A stretch of 32,779 bases of DNA. It comes from Candidatus Aminicenantes bacterium (lineage in GTDB: Bacteria; Acidobacteriota; Aminicenantia; UBA2199). The notes beneath the pieces are model-generated. The model made no database searches. It worked only from the letters and a program-made list of their open reading frames with translations, and was not told where the DNA came from. Position numbers and translations under genes: made by a program. This document shows positions 16,320 to 23,741 of the stretch, one piece after another. The stretch lies in the NCBI GenBank assembly GCA_023137075.1, contig JAGLQA010000095.1, positions 1 to 32,779 on the forward strand, given 5' to 3'. The first letter of the stretch is position 1, and the number at the start of each line of letters is the position of its first letter.

Positions 16320-16532
16320 ATGGGTAGCTTCAAAAAGTGGTATCCAAAATTTGCTTTCTTGAATGGATTTGCAAGTTCGCTTGATATTTTTGGAATGAAT
16401 AGTATGAATTGGGAGGAATTGCAATCTATCATTTCTGTAAAAAGGAGAAATGAGGCAATTCATAAATATTTTAGGAATGCCTTAAAAGGAATTGATGAAG
16501 AAATCAAAAAAATTGAAGAAGTCAGAAGATAA
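16320..16532 (+). CDS. Hypothetical 70-aa protein
   Basis: The ATG at 16320 is preceded by AGGAGG (9 nt upstream). The upstream part of the track ORF (from 16203) is low-complexity and has no RBS. It overlaps the next gene by 41 nt. Confidence 0.45.
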   Translation: MGSFKKWYPKFAFLNGFASSLDIFGMNSMNWEELQSIISVKRRNEAIHKYFRNALKGIDEEIKKIEEVRR

Positions 16533-16965
16533 GAAAATTGAGAAAAGTACTACAGAAGACATTGATTTAGAAAAGGATGAATTTTCTCAAATTGGAATTG
16601 AAAGCGTAATTCAAAAAATCAATACTCCGTTTTTACCACCAAACTATTTAGAGAAGTATAATAAAGTTTATACTGGTTTCGCAAAAGAAATATGTGATTC
16701 AACTATTCTAACCATTCAGCATCAAATTGATAGTGAAAAAAAATTTATTGACAAGCAAAATAAAAAAACTCTTAGAGGGCAAGTTTTTGGTGTTCTTGTT
16801 GCTTTAACGAGTATCATTGCGGCGGTTATATGTGTTTTTAAAGGAGCCTTTACTGTCGCTGGAATTCTTGCAGGAGGTTCAGCTGTACCTCATATAATTA
16901 CTCAATTAATCAGTACAAAGAAGCCCGAAAAAAAAGAATCAAATAAGGAAGAAGAAAGTAAATAA
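16492..16965 (+). CDS. DUF2335-like membrane protein
   Basis: FLPPNYLEKYNKVYTGFAKEI...HQIDSEKK...RGQVFGVLVALTSIIAAVICVF...AGILAGG parallels the DUF2335 layout. That layout is LPPPE-L-x-Y, then a helical region, then RGQ-FG and two TM helices. Confidence 0.55.
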   Translation: MMKKSKKLKKSEDKKIEKSTTEDIDLEKDEFSQIGIESVIQKINTPFLPPNYLEKYNKVYTGFAKEICDSTILTIQHQIDSEKKFIDKQNKKTLRGQVFGVLVALTSIIAAVICVFKGAFTVAGILAGGSAVPHIITQLISTKKPEKKESNKEEESK

Positions 16966-17234
16966 AATAGCATTTGCTAACATTTTTAAAAGTGTGATTA
17001 CTTTTTGGACGCAATTAAAAAAATGATTGTAGTCGTTTCCGGGGGTAATAAAAAGGAGCGCTGTCCTGATTCGTTTTCTGACTTAAAAAAAAGGGCGTGC
17101 TCAAATGTTAAATTTTGTTAACTCGTTGGATTTCTGGTTATCCTCTTTTTTAGGGACTCTAAAAAAAGCACACCTAAGAAAGATGGTATTATTGATTTTT
17201 ATACGTGGGAATTGACACATCCCGGAAACCTCTT

Positions 17235-17855
17235 TTAAAATACTTTTTCTCTACGAAAAATAATCATAAACATATCTTTACCGCCAAACAAAGAGGTAGT
17301 ATCAGAATCTACGATCTTATCTAATAACCAACCCTCACTTGCATGTTGATTTAATATTTTTTCAAGAGTATCTGATTTCAAATTGCCTGTTAGAATAGAT
17401 TTTGCCTTTTGTTCTACTATCTTGTATTCATATATCTTCCTTCTTGTGTTTCTCTCATCTTTCTCTAATTCTATTTTACTCTCTCTTATTTCGATTTCTT
17501 TTTTCTTCTCATTTTTACTATCATAATTATCTAAATCAATATCTCTGTCTTGAAGGATTGCTTTTGTAATCTGTATGGTATCCTCAGACCGTTCATCCAG
17601 GTTATTATCTTTTACAATCAAAATTAGCTCTTCATTGCTTTTCTTTTCAAGCTTTTCTCTTTTCTGCTCAAATTCAATTTTGTTATTATAGCATTTATCA
17701 ATATCTACGTTCCTCTCACCAAGGATATTTTTTGCAATCTGTATGGCATCCTCAGACCATTCTTCAAGGTTATTATCTTTTACAATGATAGCTAAATCCT
17801 CATTACTTTTTTCCCCAAAGTTTTCTTTGATACTTTCTGATAGCTCACTACTCAT
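17235..17855 (-). CDS. Hypothetical protein with two N-terminal 39-aa repeats and a C-terminal DUF4177-like domain
   Basis: Start moved to MSSELSES (ATG at 17855, GAGGAGG upstream). The C-terminus YEYKIVEQKA...LEKILNQHASEGWLLDKIV...MFMIIFRREK resembles DUF4177. Confidence 0.6.
   Translation of the reverse strand: MSSELSESIKENFGEKSNEDLAIIVKDNNLEEWSEDAIQIAKNILGERNVDIDKCYNNKIEFEQKREKLEKKSNEELILIVKDNNLDERSEDTIQITKAILQDRDIDLDNYDSKNEKKKEIEIRESKIELEKDERNTRRKIYEYKIVEQKAKSILTGNLKSDTLEKILNQHASEGWLLDKIVDSDTTSLFGGKDMFMIIFRREKVF
17529..17813 (-). repeat. Intragenic tandem duplication (two 117-nt units, 168-nt period)
   Basis: aa 15-53 read EKSNEDLAIIVKDNNLEEWSEDAIQIAKNILGERNVDID. aa 71-109 read KKSNEELILIVKDNNLDERSEDTIQITKAILQDRDIDLD. 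The similarity is also visible at the DNA level. Confidence 0.9.
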
Positions 17856-17996
17856 GTTTCCTCCTCTTTTTTTACAATTATATAATCTCACATTTTAGCG
17901 ATTTTTTCAATCCTTCCAACAATGAATATGCTATTTTTTGTATAAATTGAGACATCCTATTTTTTTAAGACAGTCCGTTATTTAGTCGTGATTTCT

Positions 17997-18166
17997 GTTG
18001 TCAAATTTTGACATATGTTGACAAGTTTTGATTTTTTTAACATGTCACCGTTAAACTTTGATCGAATGTTGTCAAATTTTGATTACGTTTATCAACTTTT
18101 GATTGTAGTATATCAGATTGATGTCAGCCCATATCAAACTTGATTCCAGTGTATCAACCTTTGAAT
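17997..18166. repeat. Array of eight phased iteron-like inverted-repeat sites, consensus (G/A)TCAA-N1-3-TTGA(T/C)
   Basis: The sites are 17997-18012 GTTGTCAAATTTTGAC, 18017-18032 GTTGACAAGTTTTGAT, 18048-18063 CCGTTAAACTTTGATC and 18068-18083 GTTGTCAAATTTTGAT. They continue with 18087-18103 GTTTATCAACTTTTGAT, 18108-18122 GTATATCAGATTGAT, 18130-18144 CATATCAAACTTGAT and 18149-18166 GTGTATCAACCTTTGAAT. The 3' ends are spaced 20, 30, 21, 20, 19, 22 and 21 nt apart. Confidence 0.85.
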
Positions 18167-18194
18167 ACATTTTACTTTTCCGGGTAATAATGTT

Positions 18195-18271
18195 GTACGT
18201 TTTCCGTACTGTACGTTTTGTACTCAAAGTACCTTTTTATAACTCGATGTACTCCAGTAAAATTTTTGTAC
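18195..18271. repeat. GTAC-rich cluster including the direct repeat TGTACGTTTT x2
   Basis: GTAC occurs at 18195, 18206, 18211, 18220, 18229, 18249 and 18268. TGTACGTTTT occurs at 18194-18203 and 18210-18219. Confidence 0.8.
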
Positions 18272-18290
18272 TTTCGCAATCGACCAAACA

Positions 18291-18965
18291 TCAAAACCGG
18301 TTTGCCGCTGCTTTTAAATATTCCATCCTTTTTTTTATATAATCTTTGTCATGCGGTAAAAAATAAATCGAGCTTTCATTTATAGAATTTGCGTATTTTT
18401 CCATAACTATTTTTCGTTTCAATTTTTCATTTATCCATCTTGCTTCTTTCTGTATAAATTTTGCACCCATTCGATTTTGTATTTCTGTCTCATTATAACT
18501 TGTTGGTTCTCCATATTTTATTTTGAAAATGAAGAAAAGCTCCTCGAAGTGATTGGGAGTACAATTGATGAACACAGAATTAAGGAAAAGATTTTTTGAG
18601 TGATCTAATTTTAATCTTACCCGCCATTCTTTTTTGTATTTAGCTCTAAGCTGTTCAAGTCTTTCGGGAGTGTTCTTAAATAAAAAAACAATATCGACAT
18701 AAAAATCAAGGATTAAAAAATTATTTAATGTATATTTCCGCATAGCATACAATTCATCTAATTCCCTTGATGCTCCTTTCTTCCTTTCAGGATTTAAACC
18801 CGTTTTTTCATTAATATATGCTCTAAAACCTTTTAGTACCATGCCCCATTTGATTCCCATAAAACTACCCATTTGTTCCTTTTTTAAATCATCCGATATG
18901 TCTTCTGATAAACAAAGATTGACGCAAAAAAATAATACTACGATAAATAAAAAAAACTTTTTCAT
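18291..18965 (-). CDS. Hypothetical secreted protein (N-terminal signal peptide)
   Basis: MKKFFLFIVVLFFCVNLCLS is signal-like. RBS GGAGGA upstream of the ATG. No recognisable domain. Confidence 0.55.
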   Translation of the reverse strand: MKKFFLFIVVLFFCVNLCLSEDISDDLKKEQMGSFMGIKWGMVLKGFRAYINEKTGLNPERKKGASRELDELYAMRKYTLNNFLILDFYVDIVFLFKNTPERLEQLRAKYKKEWRVRLKLDHSKNLFLNSVFINCTPNHFEELFFIFKIKYGEPTSYNETEIQNRMGAKFIQKEARWINEKLKRKIVMEKYANSINESSIYFLPHDKDYIKKRMEYLKAAANRF

Positions 18966-19139
18966 TTTTCCTCCTTCAAATATTTCGTTAGCATATTTGA
19001 ATCAACATCTAAATTGTACTGGAAATTGGGAAATTGGGGACGGTGGGTGCGAGTGTGCGAATGTTGCTTTGCAATTTTTTAATCCTCATATTTTCTCTTT
19101 TTTATACATATTTCCCTTATTTGATTTCCCGGTCAGACC

Positions 19140-19262
19140 TTAACGACTCCAATTCTCGATCTTAAGATTCTCAACCCTCTTTATTCTTTTATTAATTTTA
19201 GGATATTTGTTTTTTAGCCAATAGATAACAATATCTGAGTCTAAAAGATAATTCTTATCCAT
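19140..19262 (-). pseudogene. vapC: vapC (PIN-domain toxin) remnant, only 40 codons
   Basis: Hand translation gives MDKNYLLDSDIVIYWLKNKYPKINKRIKRVENLKIENWSR*. The YLLDSDIVIYWLK block is the first PIN strand with the catalytic Asp, and the rest of the roughly 130-aa domain is absent. It starts 2 nt after the vapB-like stop. Confidence 0.6.
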
Positions 19263-19264
19263 TT

Positions 19265-19525
19265 TTAAAGGTAGATTTCATCAGAACGGATATTTTTTTC
19301 TCTATCTGACCTGATTTCAGCGATAATCTCATCAGCATCACGATCATCTTGCCATTTGCCGCAGAACCGGCTCAGACTGTGGGGCCGGGGTTCATCGGCA
19401 AAAATAATGATTCTCCTTTTAGTGCTTTTATTCGATCTGACTTTTATCTGTTTCGCTACATCAGGAGGTAATACAAGATGGCCATCCGGCAGTAATTCAG
19501 CTTCACAATTAATGGTTTTCAACAT
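19265..19525 (-). CDS. vapB: AbrB/SpoVT-type antitoxin (VapB-like)
   Basis: N-terminus ELLPDGHLVLPPDVAKQIKV is swapped-hairpin-like. C-terminus FCGKWQDDRDADEIIAEIRSDR is typical of VapB tails. RBS AGGAGG. Sits immediately upstream of the PIN remnant. Confidence 0.6.
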   Translation of the reverse strand: MLKTINCEAELLPDGHLVLPPDVAKQIKVRSNKSTKRRIIIFADEPRPHSLSRFCGKWQDDRDADEIIAEIRSDREKNIRSDEIYL

Positions 19526-19653
19526 AACCTCCTATTTTATGAGCATAATGAGTGCCTTTTCAGGTATCTCTAATACTCAGATATAATCTTATAACAAATC
19601 TTTTATTATTTCAATAAGAAAGTGGATATTGCTACTTTTTGAAGTGTACAACT

Positions 19654-20652
19654 TCATCGGGACTTTAATCCTAAATTCTCTATAATCTCCAGGATCCGTT
19701 TGTGAACCGAAGGAATGGACACAAATATCCCGGTGTTGTTTCTCAAGGTTTTGCCCACGGAAAAATCGAGTTTCTTCCCAAAAATATCACTGACTCTGCC
19801 TCCCGCTTCTTCAACAATAATACTTCCGGCGGCATGGTCCCAGATTTTCTCTTTATAATCAGGCGTTTTTGGATTGGGGATACGCAGGTAAATTTCCGCG
19901 TTGCCGGCAGATACAAATCCGTATTTTACCTGGCTATCCACCTGCACCGGGTCTCTATCCATCTCAAGAATCCTGACGATTTCCAGTTGCAAATCAAGAT
20001 TGCCGTGAGCCGATTCGTAACTCTGGACAAAACGCATCTTCTCCGGCTGCGAGATTGAAGACACCCGTATTTTCTCTGCTTCATTTTTATCTAAATTCAA
20101 TATCCGGGCGCCCTCTCCCCTGACGGCAAAAATCAAGCACCCGAGATCGGGTGAACTGCCTTCGATTCGTAGGTTGGGACATCCCAATATCCCCAACTGT
20201 ACAGTGCCTTTAACAATCAATGCCAGGGCGATGGCATATTGTTCCCCCCGCAAGAACCCCTTTGTCCCGTCAATGGGATCTAAGGTCCAGAAGATTTTAT
20301 CATCCGGGACGCCGCAGCCTAAGTCAATACTCTCGAAAAGATTATCCTCTTTTACGATTTTGTTTATATCATCGTCTCGCTCCAGGTATTGAAGAATTCT
20401 CCGTAGGATGGCTTCATTTTCCGGTTTTTTCAGCACATCGGAATTCTCTTCCGCAACGATTGGCAGCCCGGGGAAGGCGTTTTTCAGGATTCGACAGATA
20501 ACAGCCTGGGATGCAAAGTCGGCAATCGTCACCGGGCTTCTGTCCGCTTTTGTTATGGCATCCTTTTTTGATAGGCTCCGCTGGACCGCGGCAGTTATTC
20601 GCATGGCTTTGATAACCGCTTTTTTACCGATTTCAAGTTCTTTCTCAAGCAT
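19654..20652 (-). CDS. 3'(2'),5'-bisphosphate nucleotidase (HAL2/CysQ type, inositol monophosphatase family)
   Basis: KADRSPVTIADFASQ, WTLDPIDGTKGF and WDHAAGSIIVEEAGG motifs. RBS AGGAG. Confidence 0.8.
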   Translation of the reverse strand: MLEKELEIGKKAVIKAMRITAAVQRSLSKKDAITKADRSPVTIADFASQAVICRILKNAFPGLPIVAEENSDVLKKPENEAILRRILQYLERDDDINKIVKEDNLFESIDLGCGVPDDKIFWTLDPIDGTKGFLRGEQYAIALALIVKGTVQLGILGCPNLRIEGSSPDLGCLIFAVRGEGARILNLDKNEAEKIRVSSISQPEKMRFVQSYESAHGNLDLQLEIVRILEMDRDPVQVDSQVKYGFVSAGNAEIYLRIPNPKTPDYKEKIWDHAAGSIIVEEAGGRVSDIFGKKLDFSVGKTLRNNTGIFVSIPSVHKRILEIIENLGLKSR

Positions 20653-20938
20653 GACTGGCTCCTAAATCACATTTTCGCATGTTTAATAAACCATTAATCC
20701 GAATGGTTTTGTCACTACCACCCATTATATCATGCATCCACCGATACGGCAATTTTTCCTGCCGGTTAGCAGCAATTCTAATTTTGGAGGTCCGGCGCTT
20801 TACTTTTAAGGGTGAATATGATAGAATTCGTCCTCTTTTCCTCCGAGTCAAAGGTGCTAACGCCTCAGGCTATGTCCTTTGACCGATAGGGCTGGACTGG
20901 AAACGATCCTGCCTGCCGTGTTTGCAAAGGAGGCTTAA

Positions 20939-22870
20939 ATGAATAATATAAAAGCAATTTACAAAAGAATTTCACTACTCGCTATCATCCTTTCCTTGAC
21001 CTGCTTTTGCCTGTGGGCAGAAAAAAAAGAAGATAAAAAAGAGCAGGGGAAAGAAGAATTGAAACCCGTCATCGAAGAAATCCAGGTTACCGGAAAAATC
21101 CCGGCCCAGCAGCCTATTTCTACCGTATCATTAATCGGTAAGAAAAAAATCGAAAAAGCAGTTCCTAAAACGCTCAACAATATCGTTAACCAGGCTTCCG
21201 GGGTCTACGTCACCGAGGGATCCAAAAACGAGGCCAGCGTGCAAATCAGGGGGCTGTCCAGCAACCGTATCGCCTTGATGTATGACGGTATCCCCATCTA
21301 TGAACCCTATTTCAACAGCTTTGATCTGAAAAGTTTTACAGCCGCGGGCATCGAGAATGTCAAGATTATTAAGGGCAGCAATTCGGTGCTTTACGGGCCA
21401 AACTCCTTAGGTGGGGTGATTAATATTCTCAGTGAACGGCCGAACCAGCCCTTTCTCTCCCTGAATGCCGACGCATCGGAAAATTCCACCTACTTCCTTT
21501 CCGGTTCCGGCGGCTATACCGTGGATAAGTTTGCTTTTTTCAGCAATATAACCTTAGATCAATCCGGCGGGTTCGATTATCACCGGGAGGGTGAGCGGGT
21601 TAAGCGGGACAACAGCGATTACCACCGCTTCAATATCTCCGGTAAGTTATATTTCTATCCCACGAAAAAAAGCGAATTTATGGCCCAGGTGTTGTACCAT
21701 ACGGCCGATTACGGTATCCCGGCGGCCACGGAATTTTCCAAAGCCCGCTACTGGCGTTTCGAAGACTGGAACCGCTGGCAGGTGAATGTAGGCGGTTTTT
21801 TTTCCTTCCTGCGCAAAGGACTTATCAAGGTACGCAGCTATTACGTGTACCACTATAACGTACTGGATGCTTATAATTCGGACGACTTTGCCGACTTGCA
21901 GTGGATTTCAACCTACAAGAATAATGCAATAGGCGCATTCATGTTAGGTGAATATCCCTTAGGCCGGAACCAGGAATTGAAATTCAGCTTGAATGTCAGC
22001 AGCATCAAGGTGCGGCAGCAGGGAGACACCGGCGAGGAGTGGGAAAGCTACGACCGGGAAATCTATTCCGCTGCCATCGAGGATCATATTACTATTTCCA
22101 GGACATGGAAAATCTCAGGTGGGGCCAGTATCGACTACTTAGTCAAGAATGACGATACCACCGAGACCCGGGTCAATCCCATCTTCGGGATCAAGTATAC
22201 GCCTCAAGATTGGCTGGATTTCCATCTCTCCTTTGCCCGGAAATCCCGGTTCCCCTCCATGAGGTCTCTCTACAGCACCAAATCGGGGAATCCGGAACTG
22301 ACGTCGGAAGTGGGGAACAATTTTGAAATCGGTTTTACTTATATGAAGCGTATAAGATTTGGTGGAGCCCTTTTCTACCATCGCATCTTCGATATGGTCC
22401 AGTCCTACCGCGGTTTAGACGGTTACCGCAACTATCAGAACATCGGCAGTGCCAACATCTACGGCCTGGAATTGGAGCTCGGCAAGCAGGTGGGAGTTTT
22501 TGATTTCAGTTTAAATTATACCTTTCTGAAAGCCGTGGACCAGGATGACGACCTGCCCTTAGATTATACTCCCGAATCCCAGTTCAGCGCTTTCGTAATT
22601 ATCGGTGAAATCAAGGGATTCTCGTTGACCCTGTGGGGCGCGGCAGTATCTTCTTCCCAGGCTAAAATGGGGAAGAATCCGCCCTTCGATATTGTAGAGA
22701 TCCCCGCCTATTCGTTGTTGAATGCCTGCTTAGAAAAGAGATTTGCCGGGATTATCCTGTACCTTAAGGCGGAGAATATTTTTGATAAAGCCTATTTTTC
22801 CGAACCGGGATTTCCCATGAAAGCCGGGATGTTCAGCCTCGGCTGCCGCCTCGACATCGGAAAAAAATAA
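20939..22870 (+). CDS. TonB-dependent outer-membrane receptor
   Basis: Signal peptide. Plug-domain blocks (VQIRGLSSNRIALMYDGIPIYEP, KGSNSVLYGPNSLGGVINI). Long beta-barrel region. RBS AGGAGG. Confidence 0.88.
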   Translation: MNNIKAIYKRISLLAIILSLTCFCLWAEKKEDKKEQGKEELKPVIEEIQVTGKIPAQQPISTVSLIGKKKIEKAVPKTLNNIVNQASGVYVTEGSKNEASVQIRGLSSNRIALMYDGIPIYEPYFNSFDLKSFTAAGIENVKIIKGSNSVLYGPNSLGGVINILSERPNQPFLSLNADASENSTYFLSGSGGYTVDKFAFFSNITLDQSGGFDYHREGERVKRDNSDYHRFNISGKLYFYPTKKSEFMAQVLYHTADYGIPAATEFSKARYWRFEDWNRWQVNVGGFFSFLRKGLIKVRSYYVYHYNVLDAYNSDDFADLQWISTYKNNAIGAFMLGEYPLGRNQELKFSLNVSSIKVRQQGDTGEEWESYDREIYSAAIEDHITISRTWKISGGASIDYLVKNDDTTETRVNPIFGIKYTPQDWLDFHLSFARKSRFPSMRSLYSTKSGNPELTSEVGNNFEIGFTYMKRIRFGGALFYHRIFDMVQSYRGLDGYRNYQNIGSANIYGLELELGKQVGVFDFSLNYTFLKAVDQDDDLPLDYTPESQFSAFVIIGEIKGFSLTLWGAAVSSSQAKMGKNPPFDIVEIPAYSLLNACLEKRFAGIILYLKAENIFDKAYFSEPGFPMKAGMFSLGCRLDIGKK

Positions 22871-22939
22871 CATACGTAAATATTAGAGTGCCTGGAATGA
22901 AAAAAGATTTCCTTTGACAGAAGATTTTTTTATGAACGG

Positions 22940-22968
22940 TTGATTTTTTTAGTAAATACTGCTATCTT
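22940..22968 (+). promoter_or_regulatory. Putative promoter of the UPF0175/PIN-like/611-aa gene set
   Basis: TTGATT (22940-22945), 17-nt spacer, TATCTT (22963-22968), about 17 nt before the ATG at 22985. Confidence 0.3.
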
Positions 22969-22984
22969 AATACCGGAGAAAAAA

Positions 22985-23233
22985 ATGGTAATAACAATAC
23001 CTGAAAAAGTCGAAGAAGCGTTAAGAATTCCGGTTAAAGGAAGAGAAAGAGAACTAAAAAAACTCCTGGCCCTGAAACTATACGAGAAGGGAATTCTCGG
23101 TATGGGAAAAGCAAGAGAATTGATTGGTGTGGGTAGGTCGGATTTTTTCTATATTCTGAAAGAAGAGGGAATTTCTATAAACTTCGATAAAGAGGAGTTG
23201 GAAGAAGATTTAAAGACAATAGAGGGTATGTGA
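22985..23233 (+). CDS. UPF0175-family antitoxin
   Basis: LALKLYEKGILGMGKARELIGVGRSDFFYILKEEGISINFDKEELEEDL is the UPF0175 pattern. Start moved to the ATG at 22985 (GGAG upstream). Confidence 0.75.
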   Translation: MVITIPEKVEEALRIPVKGRERELKKLLALKLYEKGILGMGKARELIGVGRSDFFYILKEEGISINFDKEELEEDLKTIEGM

Positions 23234-23703
23234 AATTGAGTGCCGTATGTGACACCTCTGTTTTGATAGCGCTGGAATCTGTGGAAAAAATTCATCTTTT
23301 GCACGAAATTTTTTCCCACATCCTTATCCCGGAAGAAGTTTTCAATGAATTAGAAATCGAGCAAAGAGGGTTTAAATTAGAACAATGGATTATAGTAAAA
23401 AAAATCACCAATATCGATTTATGCAGCAGCTTATATTTAAACCTTGACTTAGGAGAAAGCGAAGCCATTACCCTGGCTCTTGAAAAGAAGACGGATTTTA
23501 TTTTGTTAGATGATAAAGAAGCAAGGAAAGCGGCAAGAAATTTAGGATTAAAAATAATAGGCACTGTGGGCATGCTTCTCCTTGCGAAAGAAAAGGGATT
23601 ATTATCTGGCTCCGTGATGGATGAAATTCAAAAGATGGAAAATAGAATAAATTTTCGTCTTTCTTCCGACTTAAAAAAGATTATAGAAAATTCAGGTGAG
23701 TAA
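23230..23703 (+). CDS. DUF3368 / COG2405 PIN-like toxin
   Basis: N-terminus VCDTSVLIAL. C-terminus LDLGESEAITLALEKKTDFILLDDKEARKAARNLGLKIIGTVGMLLLAKEKGLL is the DUF3368 signature. The GTG start overlaps the upstream stop (ATGTGA). Confidence 0.75.
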   Translation: MKLSAVCDTSVLIALESVEKIHLLHEIFSHILIPEEVFNELEIEQRGFKLEQWIIVKKITNIDLCSSLYLNLDLGESEAITLALEKKTDFILLDDKEARKAARNLGLKIIGTVGMLLLAKEKGLLSGSVMDEIQKMENRINFRLSSDLKKIIENSGE

Positions 23704-23741
23704 AAATAAATATAAAAAAATACGTTTATTAGGGAAAGACC

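Larger units (their letters stand above)
16159..19139. mobile_element. AT-rich accessory islet adjacent to the tRNA-Lys 3' end (no integrase or att repeat found)
   Basis: It starts at the tRNA 3' end and ends where vapC is truncated. Hand counts of 60-nt lines give 15/60 G+C at 18361-18420 and 24/60 at 17281-17340, against 35/60 at 4081-4140 in the mutase operon. All genes are hypothetical or phage-associated families. Confidence 0.35.

Noticed and set aside
18118-18342. 74-aa plus-strand ORF in the repeat-rich gap
   Set aside because: It is built almost entirely from the iteron-like and GTAC repeats, has no RBS, and overlaps the 3' end of the 224-aa gene. It is most likely non-coding.
18966-19139. 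Continuation of the vapC PIN domain in another frame (frameshifted pseudogene)
   Set aside because: All three minus-strand frames hit stops within a few codons and show no PIN-like sequence. The truncation is a deletion or replacement rather than a frameshift.
16159-19262. Integrase gene and att direct repeat of the tRNA-Lys 3' end, expected for a tRNA-targeted island
   Set aside because: I searched by eye for GGTTCGATTCCTTCAGGGATCA fragments at the far edge and inside the islet and for any tyrosine- or serine-recombinase-like ORF. None was found, so the mobile-element call stays low-confidence.
20653-20938. Cobalamin riboswitch upstream of the TonB-dependent receptor
   Set aside because: The leader is long and has stems (GGAGG/CCTCC, GTCAAAGG/CCTTTGAC). 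It ends with GGAAACGATCCTGCC, which resembles the end of a B12 box, and GTGAAT...AATTCGTCC is vaguely J3/4-like. The core GCCACTG / CCCGC-ACTGT elements are missing. The region also has to hold the divergent promoters of the receptor and the nucleotidase gene. An Infernal scan with RF00174/RF01482 would settle it.
22940-22984. Upstream start (TTG at 22940) for the UPF0175 gene
   Set aside because: The extension overlaps the promoter-like element and adds a hydrophobic peptide not found in UPF0175 proteins. The ATG at 22985 has a GGAG site.
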